From Candidatus Latescibacterota bacterium (GTDB lineage: Bacteria > Latescibacterota > UBA2968 > UBA8231): a stretch of DNA of 64,000 nucleotides. Position numbers and translations under genes: made by a program. The stretch lies in assembly GCA_965206595.1 (NCBI GenBank), contig OZ242214.1:448001-512000 (forward strand), written 5' to 3'. Of this stretch, positions 39,587-49,348 are shown piece by piece. Positions within the stretch are counted from its first letter, which is position 1. Each line of letters starts with the position of its first letter. The notes beneath the pieces are model-generated. The model was given only the letters and a program-made list of their open reading frames with translations, was not told where the DNA came from and made no database searches.

Positions 39587-39667
39587 AGGTCTCTCCTTTC
39601 AGAAGGGGGATAAGGGAAACCTACGGCACTTTCAATTGTTTGTACAGTTAATTACACGACATGACAC
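38501..39667 (-). mobile_element. IS630-family insertion sequence
   Basis: Terminal IRs GTGTCCTGTCG / GTGTCATGTCG; TA duplication at 38499-38500 and 39668-39669 within CTAG. Confidence 0.93.
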
Positions 39668-40236
39668 TAGCAGTTCGCAGTGGATTCGATAGCGAAGATT
39701 CTTGGGATGCTGTAAATGGGGCCGTTGGCTCATTTTGTGAAATCGATCAGGCGCTAAATGTTCTTGAATATCCGGAAATCCTTTTCTCTGAAATCGATAA
39801 GTACAAATCCTATAGTTGCCCAGGAGAGCATCCTCCCGTTGTCTACGCAGTTCGCATTCGCAGCGCGGACCTATGCCATCTCTCCATGAATTCAGCTGGA
39901 GTCAACTACCGTGGCGTTCTACATCCAGAACGCCTACTGGGTCGCGTTCGGGTCTCTGGGGAGAGAGTCATCCTCCAGCGGGCTGACGACCGCGAAAGCT
40001 TGGAAGTTTGGGGGATGTGGAGAAAGAGACTGGGCCACTAATGTGGGGTAGGGGTCATTTAGCGCCTCACTCCGCTTCGCACCGGGAACATGTGAGCCGC
40101 TACAGGAAAGTGCTCCCCCGCCCATTTCCTGGGCTAGCACGGTGTCTTGCTGACTCGTGCCGGGGTTCCAATCGCCTGTTGGCGGGGAAGCTGCCGGGTG
40201 CGGCGCACGAATCGAAGGCATGGGGGGCTTGTCCTA

Positions 40237-40468
40237 GTGTCGCGTCCCAGGAATCCCATGCAATTTTCGCCGCCGATCCATTCGAGGGAAAAAATCGCGG
40301 TTTTAGCGGTTTTATAAATGAAACCTCATCCTGTGCGATTTTTTCCCTCAATCCCGTCTCGCGGCGTTGCCTCCGCTCGCCGTACACCCCCGGTACGACT
40401 CGCTCAGGCGCCTTGCGAGCCGGGCCCTCAGCGCCGGAATTTTTCAAGTTATCCGTGGGACGCGACAC
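40237..40468. mobile_element. 232-bp MITE with IS630-type ends
   Basis: Perfect IR GTGTCGCGTCCCA at both ends, flanked by TA within CTAG; no transposase. Confidence 0.8.
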
Positions 40469-40569
40469 TAGGGATACCCAGCGGTATCCAAGCTCTTGGA
40501 GAACCGCGGCCATTATCCCCCTGGTGGATCGATACAGCATAGATGTAGTGCAATGAGCGGTAGGCGGCG

Positions 40570-41667
40570 ATGAAACCATTGGGCACGAACATCGAGCACT
40601 TGAAGGCCGACTACGAATCGGTCACCGGGAAGCCGTTCCGGCATTTCTTCTGCCCGATTCTCCATGTGGACGAGGACGTCGCGCTGACGAAGGGGCATGT
40701 CGTTCCCAAGTCGCTCGGAGGGAAGGCGGTGGTTCTGCAGCGAAAGGACGTGGACCAGGGTTTCGGGAGTTTCTTCGAGGCGGAGGCGGCTGATGCAATC
40801 CGGAAAGGACTCGACAGAAATCCGATCGAGGTGGTGTTCAGTGGGGACCCGGACGAGATGAAAAAGCTCGGCAGGCGATTCCATTTCCGTCTGCTGTTTG
40901 AGGGAACTGACAAGCCGATGGACGCTTCGTATCGGAAGATGGGAGACGACGCAGGGTTCTACGTGGAAACGGAGGACTTGAAGGCCGCACTGGGGGAGCG
41001 TGACGGGCGACGGACACTCAGGGGCATGGTCGGCGTCGAGCTGGACGCGCGGAGCTCGATCTTGGTGACGAGCCTGCGAACTAGCCATCTGGCGTGGTTT
41101 CGCCTGTGCGGATACCGCTACGTCTTCTCGAACGAGGGCATATTCGTGGCGTGGGTACTGCGGAGTTTCTACGAGAAGTTCATCGAACCCCGCTGCGGAC
41201 CCAACCGGTCCAAGAAGGGCAGTCTGATCTCGGAACGGGTGAAGCGGGAGGTCGACGAGTACTGTTTTCAATTCGCCAACTTTATCAGACCGTTGCCCGG
41301 GCCCGCGTTGGAGATGTTCCCGGAAGCGATCCAGCTAGGGACGCAGGACACGGGCTGGTTCTTGGCGCTGTGGGACGGAGACCAGATCTACGGGAAGATT
41401 TCGGTTGTGAAGCTGGGGAACCAGCGCATCGCGGTCATGACGCCCGTCATCACCGACGCCCGCGGCTGGGCCATAATGGACGTGGCGGCGAATCTGGAGT
41501 TGGTGTTTTCTGAAGGAAGGTTCGACGCAAATGCGGGCATTTGCCGGATCGACCCGCCCGGAAAGCGGGCGATCTGGCCAAGCGCGAGCTCGGCGGCGGT
41601 GTCGTTGCCGGCCCTGTCGATTAGGGAGGCGGCGCAGCTCGTAATCGATTCGAGACGCATGGTATGA
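40570..41667 (+). CDS. HNH-like endonuclease domain protein
   Basis: FFCPIL...TKGHVVPKSLGG...DVDQGFGS degenerate HNH motif. Confidence 0.6.
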   Translation: MKPLGTNIEHLKADYESVTGKPFRHFFCPILHVDEDVALTKGHVVPKSLGGKAVVLQRKDVDQGFGSFFEAEAADAIRKGLDRNPIEVVFSGDPDEMKKLGRRFHFRLLFEGTDKPMDASYRKMGDDAGFYVETEDLKAALGERDGRRTLRGMVGVELDARSSILVTSLRTSHLAWFRLCGYRYVFSNEGIFVAWVLRSFYEKFIEPRCGPNRSKKGSLISERVKREVDEYCFQFANFIRPLPGPALEMFPEAIQLGTQDTGWFLALWDGDQIYGKISVVKLGNQRIAVMTPVITDARGWAIMDVAANLELVFSEGRFDANAGICRIDPPGKRAIWPSASSAAVSLPALSIREAAQLVIDSRRMV

Positions 41668-41888
41668 AACGACGGTGACCCCCTGGCCGAGGGTCGCGTT
41701 GCCGGGAAGGAAGCGGCTCGCAGTTGTGCCGAACTGAACCTGTCGAGCGATGAGCTTCTTCATTTCACGAATCGCTACTCGAACGTAGTCTACTACGGCG
41801 CCTGGTCCATCTATCTCCGGGATCCAGATCGCCCAATCTTGGAAAGGCGTCCAATGGCGAAATTAGCCGGGCGTCCAGTGGAGGGTGC

Positions 41889-42833
41889 ATGAAAAAACTC
41901 TTTCTCTCCTACTCTCATGCCGACGAGGAATACTGTGACATGCTGCAGAAACATCTGTCGGCGCTCCAACACCAAGGACTTATTGAGCCATGGCACGATC
42001 GGCGTATCAGGGCCGGTGACGAATTCGAAAACGTTATCGACAAGCAGCTCAATGAAGCGGACATCATCCTTCTTTTGGTGAGCTCCGATTTTATCGCATC
42101 GCGCTATTGCTACGAAATTGAGATGAATCGGGCTCTCGAACGGCATCATGCCGGCGAAGCACGGGTCGTCCCTGTGATCCTTAGGCCATGTGATTGGAGC
42201 GATACACCCTTTGGGAAGCTTCTGGCAGCCCCGAAGGATGGGAAGGCTGTCAAACTCTGGCCGGACATTGACGAAGCCTTTCTCGACGTTGTGCGGCACA
42301 TCAAGGCCGCTCTGCCACGTGATAACCCTCCTTCATCGGCCACGGCTGTAGCGGGGGCCGCAACACTGACTTCAGCGCCAATTGTCGAGGTTACACGCTC
42401 AGCCAAACTGACAATCCGCAAATCCTTTACCGAGGCAGACAAGGACGATTTCCTAGATCGGACCTATACCTATATCGCGGTATATTTTGAGAACTCGCTA
42501 CAGGAGCTTGAGGCGCGCAATCCGGAACTGACCACGCGATTTCGAAAAATCGATGAAACACGCTTCACGGCAGTTGTTTACCGCAACGGCACCGCTGTCT
42601 CGCGATGCAAGATCACGCTGGGCGGCATGTTTGGACGATCAATTGGCTTCTCCTTCAATGATCAGCCAAGCGACAACAGCTTAAATGAGAACCTTTCGGT
42701 CGAAGCGGATGAACAGCACCTCTTCCTCAAAGCCATGGGCATGGCGGTTTATGGCACGTCGGAAGACCGAAAACTCACGCAGGAAGGTGCCGCCGAGCTC
42801 TATTGGTCGTTGCTGATGCAAGTACTGCAATAA
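41889..42833 (+). CDS. TIR-domain protein (TIR_2) with unknown C-terminal domain
   Basis: LFLSYSHAD, WHDRRIRAG, LLVSSDFIASRYCYEIE, VVPVILRPCDW. Confidence 0.88.
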   Translation: MKKLFLSYSHADEEYCDMLQKHLSALQHQGLIEPWHDRRIRAGDEFENVIDKQLNEADIILLLVSSDFIASRYCYEIEMNRALERHHAGEARVVPVILRPCDWSDTPFGKLLAAPKDGKAVKLWPDIDEAFLDVVRHIKAALPRDNPPSSATAVAGAATLTSAPIVEVTRSAKLTIRKSFTEADKDDFLDRTYTYIAVYFENSLQELEARNPELTTRFRKIDETRFTAVVYRNGTAVSRCKITLGGMFGRSIGFSFNDQPSDNSLNENLSVEADEQHLFLKAMGMAVYGTSEDRKLTQEGAAELYWSLLMQVLQ

Positions 42834-42854
42834 CGTTGGGGCACAAGACCTTGT

Positions 42855-42938
42855 GAAAAACTCACCGCCTTGGTGCCGCCGCGGTGACTGCCTCATACGC
42901 TATCACGGGGTTCTCTTCCCCAACGCAAGAGATCGCCC
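42855..42938 (+). pseudogene. IS91/ISCR transposase catalytic-motif relic, copy 1 (frameshifted)
   Basis: EKLTALVPP../LIRYHGVLFPNARD; direct repeat of 47576-47661. Confidence 0.65.
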
Positions 42939-43014
42939 ACTGGAGACATGTGCGCAATGAAACGGTGGCGAAGTGTTCGGTTATAGGAGACGCTCGTTTC
43001 GAGAAGCGGCCGCA

Positions 43015-44114
43015 ATGCTGTCGACCGTTCGGGATCAACCGGCGGACATGCAGACGCTATTCGAGCTACAGAACCTGCTGATTGCCGAAGTGACGCTTGC
43101 CGAGAGGCGCGTCCGGGAAAACAAGGCGCTCGCGAGAGCGGAAAACGGCAAGGGATCGCGGTACTACGAAGCGCGCGCAAGGCTATCGGGCGGTCGATTT
43201 ATTACTGGAAGGCGATCGGCGACGCGATCGCATTCCTCTACTGTGACCGATTCGCCCTGAAGCACGTCTACTACAACACGCACAACGCGAAAGTCAGGCA
43301 GGACGGCGGTTTCATCTCGGGCTCCGCAGGATTCGAACAGGAGTTCGAGGTATTGCGAACACTCCTGGACGGCGGATGTCCGTGCGTTCTCTGCGACTTG
43401 ACGAATACGGTCCGGTACGGAGACATCTGCGTGCTGGCCGGGAATGACCCGAGGATCGTCGAAGTGAAGGCCTCGGGAACGCGAGACAGGCGCCAGACAC
43501 GCCAGATGAGGAACATGAGGAAGCTGCAGGATTTCTACGAGACCGACGTATCCCATGGTCTACGGGGTTTTCCAGCTCTACATCGGGTCGAAACGGAGAG
43601 TGCCATGAAGTCGTTTGAGTCGGAGTTCAACCAATGCATCGACGAGTCGTATGAGCGGGGGTACGCGGTGAAGTCGCCGGAACCGGGCGTTTGCTATGTT
43701 GCGATTACCGAAGACGTTCGGCCGGAGGAGGTCTTCGAGCAGACGAATCTGGCAAAACCGTGGGCATTCAGCCTGAACGAGGCGAAGTGGAGTCAGGGCT
43801 GGTCTCCATACTATCCGTTCACCTTGCTCATCCGGTCCGAGCGGGCACTCTACGATTTCATACTTGGACGGCTGTTTGTCATGGCCCCGCTCGACGTGGC
43901 CGTCATGAAGGATCTGGTTCGTGCGATGGGTTACACACCGGAGTTCGACGTGGAGTCGGACTATCCGCTTCGGGCGAGCAGGAACGGGGGAGAGGAACAG
44001 GTGGGTGTCTCGGTTCACCTATTGAGGCGAGCGGCTCTAGAAGCGTTGTCGCTGAGGTGGGTCGTCGAGGTTGGAATTCGAGGTTTTGAAGACAGCGTTG
44101 ACCGTGCTCGATGA
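43015..44114 (+). pseudogene. PD-(D/E)XK-like protein, frameshift near 43185
   Basis: Upstream helical ORF continues in another frame as RSIYYWKAIGD...YGDICVL...IVEVK; start uncertain. Confidence 0.5.
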
Positions 44115-44618
44115 CGGGTTTTCGCGTGCCACGGGGCCGAAGGAGCCCCTTCTACCGCAGCCTTGCGGCTGACTCAGCATGCGCTTCGAAGTGAGGACGG
44201 CCCGGTGGGGGCTGGCGCAACCTAAGCCCGGACGTGCCGCAAAGAACCGCCGATGGAATTGCAGCTGGGGGCGGATCAGCTACGTGGCTTGCCTAGGTTG
44301 GCTACCGGTGGTCCGTCTTGGCGTGCATATAGCTCGTGTTCGACCCGAACGCGAAATGCGCGCCAGCGATCGTCACTCGAAGGGGCCGAGATCGTTGGCG
44401 TGCTCGGTTCGCTAATGGCGAATAGAGCGCGGGCGGAAGCGGCGCCCTAGACTGGGTTCACGGGATTGCGAACTCGCGAGATCCGCGGCGTGACGATGCG
44501 AGTGTGCGGACCGTGAGCCGGAACCGTTTTGACGCTGGTGCCCCAAGCGGTCGGTTGCCGGCTATAGGGGAATTTGACCGAGGCGCGTAGGCGAGGGATA
44601 GTCTCGTAGGAGGCAGCG

Positions 44619-45593
44619 ATGGACAGGCTCTTTCGGAACGCGATCGACTCGATTCGGATCGGGGTAGAGGACTACCAGACGCAAGAGGGGATCAGAACGC
44701 TGTCGGCGGTTCGCAATCTGCACGCGGGGTTGCTGCTGCTGGCCAAGTGGGTGCTTGTCGAGAGCGTTCCGAACGCGAGCGAGGAGGATGTGATCGCGGC
44801 AGCTTACGAACCCGAGCCGGACGGCAAGGGCGGGGTGAACTACGTGCCCGCCCGCAACCAGACGATCGGGCTGCACGATATCCGCCGCCGATTCGAAAAA
44901 TTCGGGCTAGACCTGACTGCGAAGACGAAAAAACGTCTTGACTCGCTCGCAAAGGTGCGTAACGCGATAGAACATCGTTACGTGGGAACGACCGGCGCGT
45001 CCTTGCGGCAAACGGTGTCGGAGGCCTTTCTCGTGGCGGCGGAGTTCTTCCGGCTTGGCGGTCTGGACCCCGTAGAGCAACTAGGCGATGCGTGGGGCGT
45101 GATGCTGGAGGTGAACGAGGTCTACGAGAGGGAATCTGAGGCATGCTGGGCGACGTTCGAGAACGTCGAGTGGCGGTTCCCGGTGCGGGACGGTAGCGGT
45201 CCTGAGTGTCCGAGTTGCGAATCCGAGCTGGTGGAACAGGATAATCCGGACAACGAAGAGCAGGATCGGGCAAGCGGTAGGTGCCGGTCCTGCGGGGAAC
45301 AGGTGGAGGCGGAGGCCATCATCGAGCACCTCGTCAAGTCGAATTTTGCGTGGCTGGACTATGTGTCTGTCAAGGAGACGGGGGAATGCGTGTTGTTTGC
45401 GTGTCCTTCTTGCATGCGGGAAACCTACGTCAACGATGTGGACGATGGCGGCGAGTTGATGGGGTGTCTGAGCTGCAGCTTTAGGCTCGGGCGCTGCGGT
45501 GTTTGCGGCAAGGGCTTGGTGCCGGACGATTTGTACGGGGACAGCGAGGACTTGTGCGGCTCCTGCGGATACGGGATGGCCAAGGCTGACTAG
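44619..45593 (+). CDS. HEPN-like (RxxxxH) protein with C-terminal multi-CxxC zinc-ribbon region
   Basis: RNAIEH after a helical N-terminus; CPSC, CRSC, CPSC, CLSC, CGVC, CGSC; RBS AGGAGG. Confidence 0.6.
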   Translation: MDRLFRNAIDSIRIGVEDYQTQEGIRTLSAVRNLHAGLLLLAKWVLVESVPNASEEDVIAAAYEPEPDGKGGVNYVPARNQTIGLHDIRRRFEKFGLDLTAKTKKRLDSLAKVRNAIEHRYVGTTGASLRQTVSEAFLVAAEFFRLGGLDPVEQLGDAWGVMLEVNEVYERESEACWATFENVEWRFPVRDGSGPECPSCESELVEQDNPDNEEQDRASGRCRSCGEQVEAEAIIEHLVKSNFAWLDYVSVKETGECVLFACPSCMRETYVNDVDDGGELMGCLSCSFRLGRCGVCGKGLVPDDLYGDSEDLCGSCGYGMAKAD

Positions 45594-45737
45594 TGCTCAC
45601 TTCTTCGTCATCAAAAACAGCGACCCAAGGGACCAACGAGAAGTCGGCCAGCGCATCCAGGAATACCTCGTATGGCGAAATCGAAACAAGGACGATGCGA
45701 AACAGAGCACTAGCGACTGGCCTGTCCCCGTCCGGCT

Positions 45738-47420
45738 CTACCGCTCACGGGGCCACGCTTTCAGGGCAAGGATTGTCATATTCGCCTGCGCCTCGCTGAT
45801 CTCTTCTTGTCGCCAGCACCTATTCCCGCCCGCGCGGGCCGTTAGCTGCAGGTCGGAGGCCGAAAGAACCGGCTTCTTGACCGTCCAAGGCTTGTTGCCG
45901 ATTCGGTCATTTGGGCCTTTAGCCAGCAAAACCATGTTCCCGAGCCTGCCCACCCAAATCCCGTGCTCTTCAGCTGTGAAGGGCCACTCACCCGGCGTTG
46001 GGTTTCTAGGTAGGATATGCTCCAGATTCACCTGGTCGGCATCCTGGTTTGGTATCAACTCCGGCTCAGCCTTACGCAGGGCTACTCGTTCGAGGGTGTG
46101 CAAGTAATAGCGAGCGAGCCTCGCCGACGTCACACGTCTAATTCGGAACGCTGCTCCAAATTCCTCATCAGTCGGCACGATAGATCCGAGCGAAGTAAGT
46201 AGGTCGTCGATGCCCTTAATGGTTCCCTTGCGCACACCCACCGCCGCATCGCAATACGCCTTCTCAGCCACGCCCCCACCGATGCCGCCCACGATCAGCC
46301 CGCGAACACCCCAGCTCACAAGAGATCGCAGCGCCTCTTGCAGAGGAGCCGGTGAGAAGTGCTGCATCAGGGCAAGCAATAGAGGCCGCAGCTGTTCCAG
46401 ATGGAGACGGTCGAGGCTCTCGACGTTCGCCCGGGCCGAGTCTCCAAGTTCCCGCCAGAAGTCGTGGTCGCTGTTGAGAATGGCTGAGTAGTGGTGCGCC
46501 GCTGTCCGCAACTGCTCGGCCACATCCACCGCGTGTGCCCGAGTTGAAACCCGGTCCTTAATGCTGCGGAAGAGATCGCGCTCTCTAGTCGCCCCGTACT
46601 TCGAACTCCAAAAGTGCCGCAAGAAGGAGGTAAAGACTCGATTCTCTGCGGAGATGTCCAACGCACCGAGCGCAAACATCCAAGCGGCCCGCACGGTGTC
46701 GAGGTCGCTCCTCGCTCTCCGAAACAGGTAGTTCTTGAGAAGATCAGCGATGGTAAGGTCCGCACCGCGATCGTTCAGTGTTTCAAAGATCAGGAAGGCA
46801 TCAGCTTCGGTCGGTACGTCCACCACAACGACCCGGAGCCGTTTCTCCAGGAATTCCCGAAGGAGCAGCAACGTGTCGTACCAACCATCACCAGCCCCCT
46901 CCGCCATCGTCCGAACCCGCGCTCGCAAAGCCAAGTAGGCCTCGCAAATCAGTTCGTGCGACTTCCGCTGCGGGTCCGAGTCCGCCGCCGAGACGCGATC
47001 CACCACGAGACCCCGGAAATACGGATTGTCCTCGCTGTTAAGCCGTAGTCGAGGTCGCTCCTCCTTTGCGCGAGGATCGTATGTCGCGACGAATGTCGAA
47101 TGTACCTCTCTGCCAGCCTCCGATTCACCACGCTCCTCGTGCTCGTCACGAAGACATGCCAACAGAATGAGCGTCGTGGCCAAGCGTTGTTGTCCGTCTA
47201 TAATTGCGAGTTCGCGGTCCTCAGCTCCTTCTTCGGCGAAAACCAAGTTTCCGAGGAAGTACTCTTGACCGGCAGTAGCAAATGTGTCCCTGAGGTCGGT
47301 CCAGAACTCCTCGACCTGTTCCCGATCCCACGAGTACGATCGCTGGTAGACAGGCACCGATAGGACTCGGTCCGCGAGCACATGCCCGATCGCGTCGTCA
47401 TGAAACTTAAATTGAGACAT
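45738..47420 (-). CDS. GmrSD-family (DUF262 + DUF1524/HNH) type IV restriction endonuclease
   Basis: VPVYQRSYSW, IDGQQR, FETLNDRG, LEHILP, LGNMVLL..N. Confidence 0.9.
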   Translation of the reverse strand: MSQFKFHDDAIGHVLADRVLSVPVYQRSYSWDREQVEEFWTDLRDTFATAGQEYFLGNLVFAEEGAEDRELAIIDGQQRLATTLILLACLRDEHEERGESEAGREVHSTFVATYDPRAKEERPRLRLNSEDNPYFRGLVVDRVSAADSDPQRKSHELICEAYLALRARVRTMAEGAGDGWYDTLLLLREFLEKRLRVVVVDVPTEADAFLIFETLNDRGADLTIADLLKNYLFRRARSDLDTVRAAWMFALGALDISAENRVFTSFLRHFWSSKYGATRERDLFRSIKDRVSTRAHAVDVAEQLRTAAHHYSAILNSDHDFWRELGDSARANVESLDRLHLEQLRPLLLALMQHFSPAPLQEALRSLVSWGVRGLIVGGIGGGVAEKAYCDAAVGVRKGTIKGIDDLLTSLGSIVPTDEEFGAAFRIRRVTSARLARYYLHTLERVALRKAEPELIPNQDADQVNLEHILPRNPTPGEWPFTAEEHGIWVGRLGNMVLLAKGPNDRIGNKPWTVKKPVLSASDLQLTARAGGNRCWRQEEISEAQANMTILALKAWPRER

Positions 47421-47575
47421 GCTTAGTCACCTTTCTGTTATACCGACCAACGGTCTATCCGACCACGGTCTATCATAGTAAGGTCCACTGGTTCGCGAAC
47501 CTCCAGCCAGTGCTCTGTAATGGATATTATTGAGGTCTCCTGGCGGTCAGCGCAAGGTTGCACCCGCCGCAGATC

Positions 47576-47661
47576 GAAAAAATCACCGCCCTGGTGCCGA
47601 CGCCGCGACTCGTCCTCATCCGTTATCACGGGGTCCTCGCCCCCAATGCCAGAGATTGCCC
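47576..47661 (+). pseudogene. IS91/ISCR transposase catalytic-motif relic, copy 2
   Basis: EKITALVPTPRLVLIRYHGVLAPNARD. Confidence 0.7.
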
Positions 47662-47708
47662 TCACAGTAACGCAAGGAACGGTGCGAACTGCCCCGAAAG
47701 GAAAAACC

Positions 47709-49124
47709 ATGCACGAGACCAACCTGCTGAGAGCCGGAGCGGCGATGATCGACATCACCCCGCCCGCAGGTACGCATCTGGCAGGAAGCGGAGCCGGCGA
47801 GCGCCGCCCGGCCCAGGCCGTGATGGACCCGCTCTTTGCCAAGGCCATAGTCTTCGAAGCTCGCGAGCGGCGCCTCTGCATGGTGATCCTCGATCTCACC
47901 ATGGTCACCGGCGACTACACCGACCGGATTCGCGCCGCCATCGGCGAGCAAACGGGCATCGCACCCGAGGGGATCATGGTTCAGGCGACCCAGACGCACT
48001 CCGCCCCGAGCCTCGGCTGCTTTTTGCTGGATCCGGATTTCCCCTTGGAGACCCCCGGGGAGACCGAGTATCTGCGCGGGGCCGAGCGCGCCTACGGCGA
48101 CCGGGCTGCCGCCGCCGCGGTGGAGGCCGCGGTCGAAGCGGTGGGCAAGCTGCAACCCGTGCGCATCGGTTTGGGGCGCGGCGTGTTGGGGGACCTGGCC
48201 TTCAATCGCCGCGGCGTACGCCGGGACGGCACCATCGCCATGCCCAAGCCGCTGGGCCGGGAACAGCAGCCGTTCGGGAACGCGGATATCTGCTATCTCG
48301 AAGGGCCGATGGACCCTGAAGTCGGCGTCTGCTGCGTCCAGGACATGGACATGCGGCCGCTGGCCTTTCTCCTGCACTACACCTGTCACCCGGTCAATGT
48401 GTTCGGGTGCCCCGAGACCTACCGGGCCGTGTCGGCGGATTGGCCCGGCGCCTGGACGCGGGAGATGCAGCAGCGGTTCGGCTCCGACGCCGTGCCGTTG
48501 GTCGTCAACGGCTGTTGCGGCAACATCAACCCCTGGCATCCCTTCGACCCGGATTTCCTGCCGGACCACCGGCGGATGGGGCGCGAACTGGCCCGGATGA
48601 GCGAACGAATCGTTCACAGTATGGCGTTCGCCGACAACGCTGCGTTGGCTTGCAGGGTCGAAAAGGTCGGCCTGCCCTTCCGCGAGATTCCGGCCGGGCG
48701 CTTGCGCGAGGTCGATGCGATTCTCGCTGAGAATCCACGACCGCCGCGCGGGGCAAACGGCGAAGTGGATCCGCGCTGGTTCCGGGCCGCATCGACCCGC
48801 AGCGTCGAACTGTGCCGGCAGCGGGACGCTGAATTCCCTTATGAAATCCAGGCTTTCCGCATCGGCGGCCTCGGCGTTATCGGCCTGCCCGGGGAACCTT
48901 TTGTCGAAGGGCAGCTCGAACTCAAAACGAACTCGGCGGCTCCTTTTCTTTTTCCAGCGCACCTCACCGCGCACTATGTCGGCTACCTGCCGACGCGGGG
49001 GGCGTACGCCCGAGGAGGACACGAAGCCAACGAGGACGTTACCTACTGGGCCAAGCTCGCCCCCGGTTGCCTCGAAACAGTGGTCGAGCAGGCTCGGACG
49101 CTGGTACAAGAGCTGTTTGTATGA
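47709..49124 (+). CDS. Neutral/alkaline ceramidase-like amidohydrolase
   Basis: LRAG..DITP, ATQTHSAP, FNRR, YTCHP, NGCCGNINP, PGEPF, GYLPT. Confidence 0.8.
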   Translation: MHETNLLRAGAAMIDITPPAGTHLAGSGAGERRPAQAVMDPLFAKAIVFEARERRLCMVILDLTMVTGDYTDRIRAAIGEQTGIAPEGIMVQATQTHSAPSLGCFLLDPDFPLETPGETEYLRGAERAYGDRAAAAAVEAAVEAVGKLQPVRIGLGRGVLGDLAFNRRGVRRDGTIAMPKPLGREQQPFGNADICYLEGPMDPEVGVCCVQDMDMRPLAFLLHYTCHPVNVFGCPETYRAVSADWPGAWTREMQQRFGSDAVPLVVNGCCGNINPWHPFDPDFLPDHRRMGRELARMSERIVHSMAFADNAALACRVEKVGLPFREIPAGRLREVDAILAENPRPPRGANGEVDPRWFRAASTRSVELCRQRDAEFPYEIQAFRIGGLGVIGLPGEPFVEGQLELKTNSAAPFLFPAHLTAHYVGYLPTRGAYARGGHEANEDVTYWAKLAPGCLETVVEQARTLVQELFV

Positions 49125-49348
49125 AGGCGGGGCTTGTGGCAGCTGGAGCACCAGCCTGGCCGATAGCACGCTCGACCGGAAGCGGCTGTTCAAGGTCATG
49201 GATCCAGGCGATACCGCGGCTGCATCGAGCTGGAGTACAGGCGGCAACGATATTCCCGGCACGGTGGCGTTCGTCTGCTGTTTCCATAAACTGGTGGGGC
49301 GAGGGTGACCGATTCGAAAGCGATACATCCAGACCGGAGAAGAGTGCA

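Larger units (their letters stand above)
38075..40041 (+). pseudogene. ADP-ribosyltransferase-fold-like gene (265 aa reconstructed) interrupted by IS630
   Basis: Removing the IS and one TA rejoins LYEL|AVRSGF in frame; motifs LYHGTS, VSLA..AARYA, PVVYAV, YRGVLHPERL. Confidence 0.6.

Noticed and set aside
40570-47420. Integron cassette array
   Set aside because: No integron integrase, no repeated canonical attC sites, and mixed gene orientation
49121-49310. Possible relic of a sugar-phosphate isomerase C-terminus (YRGCIELEY)
   Set aside because: Too short and fragmented to call
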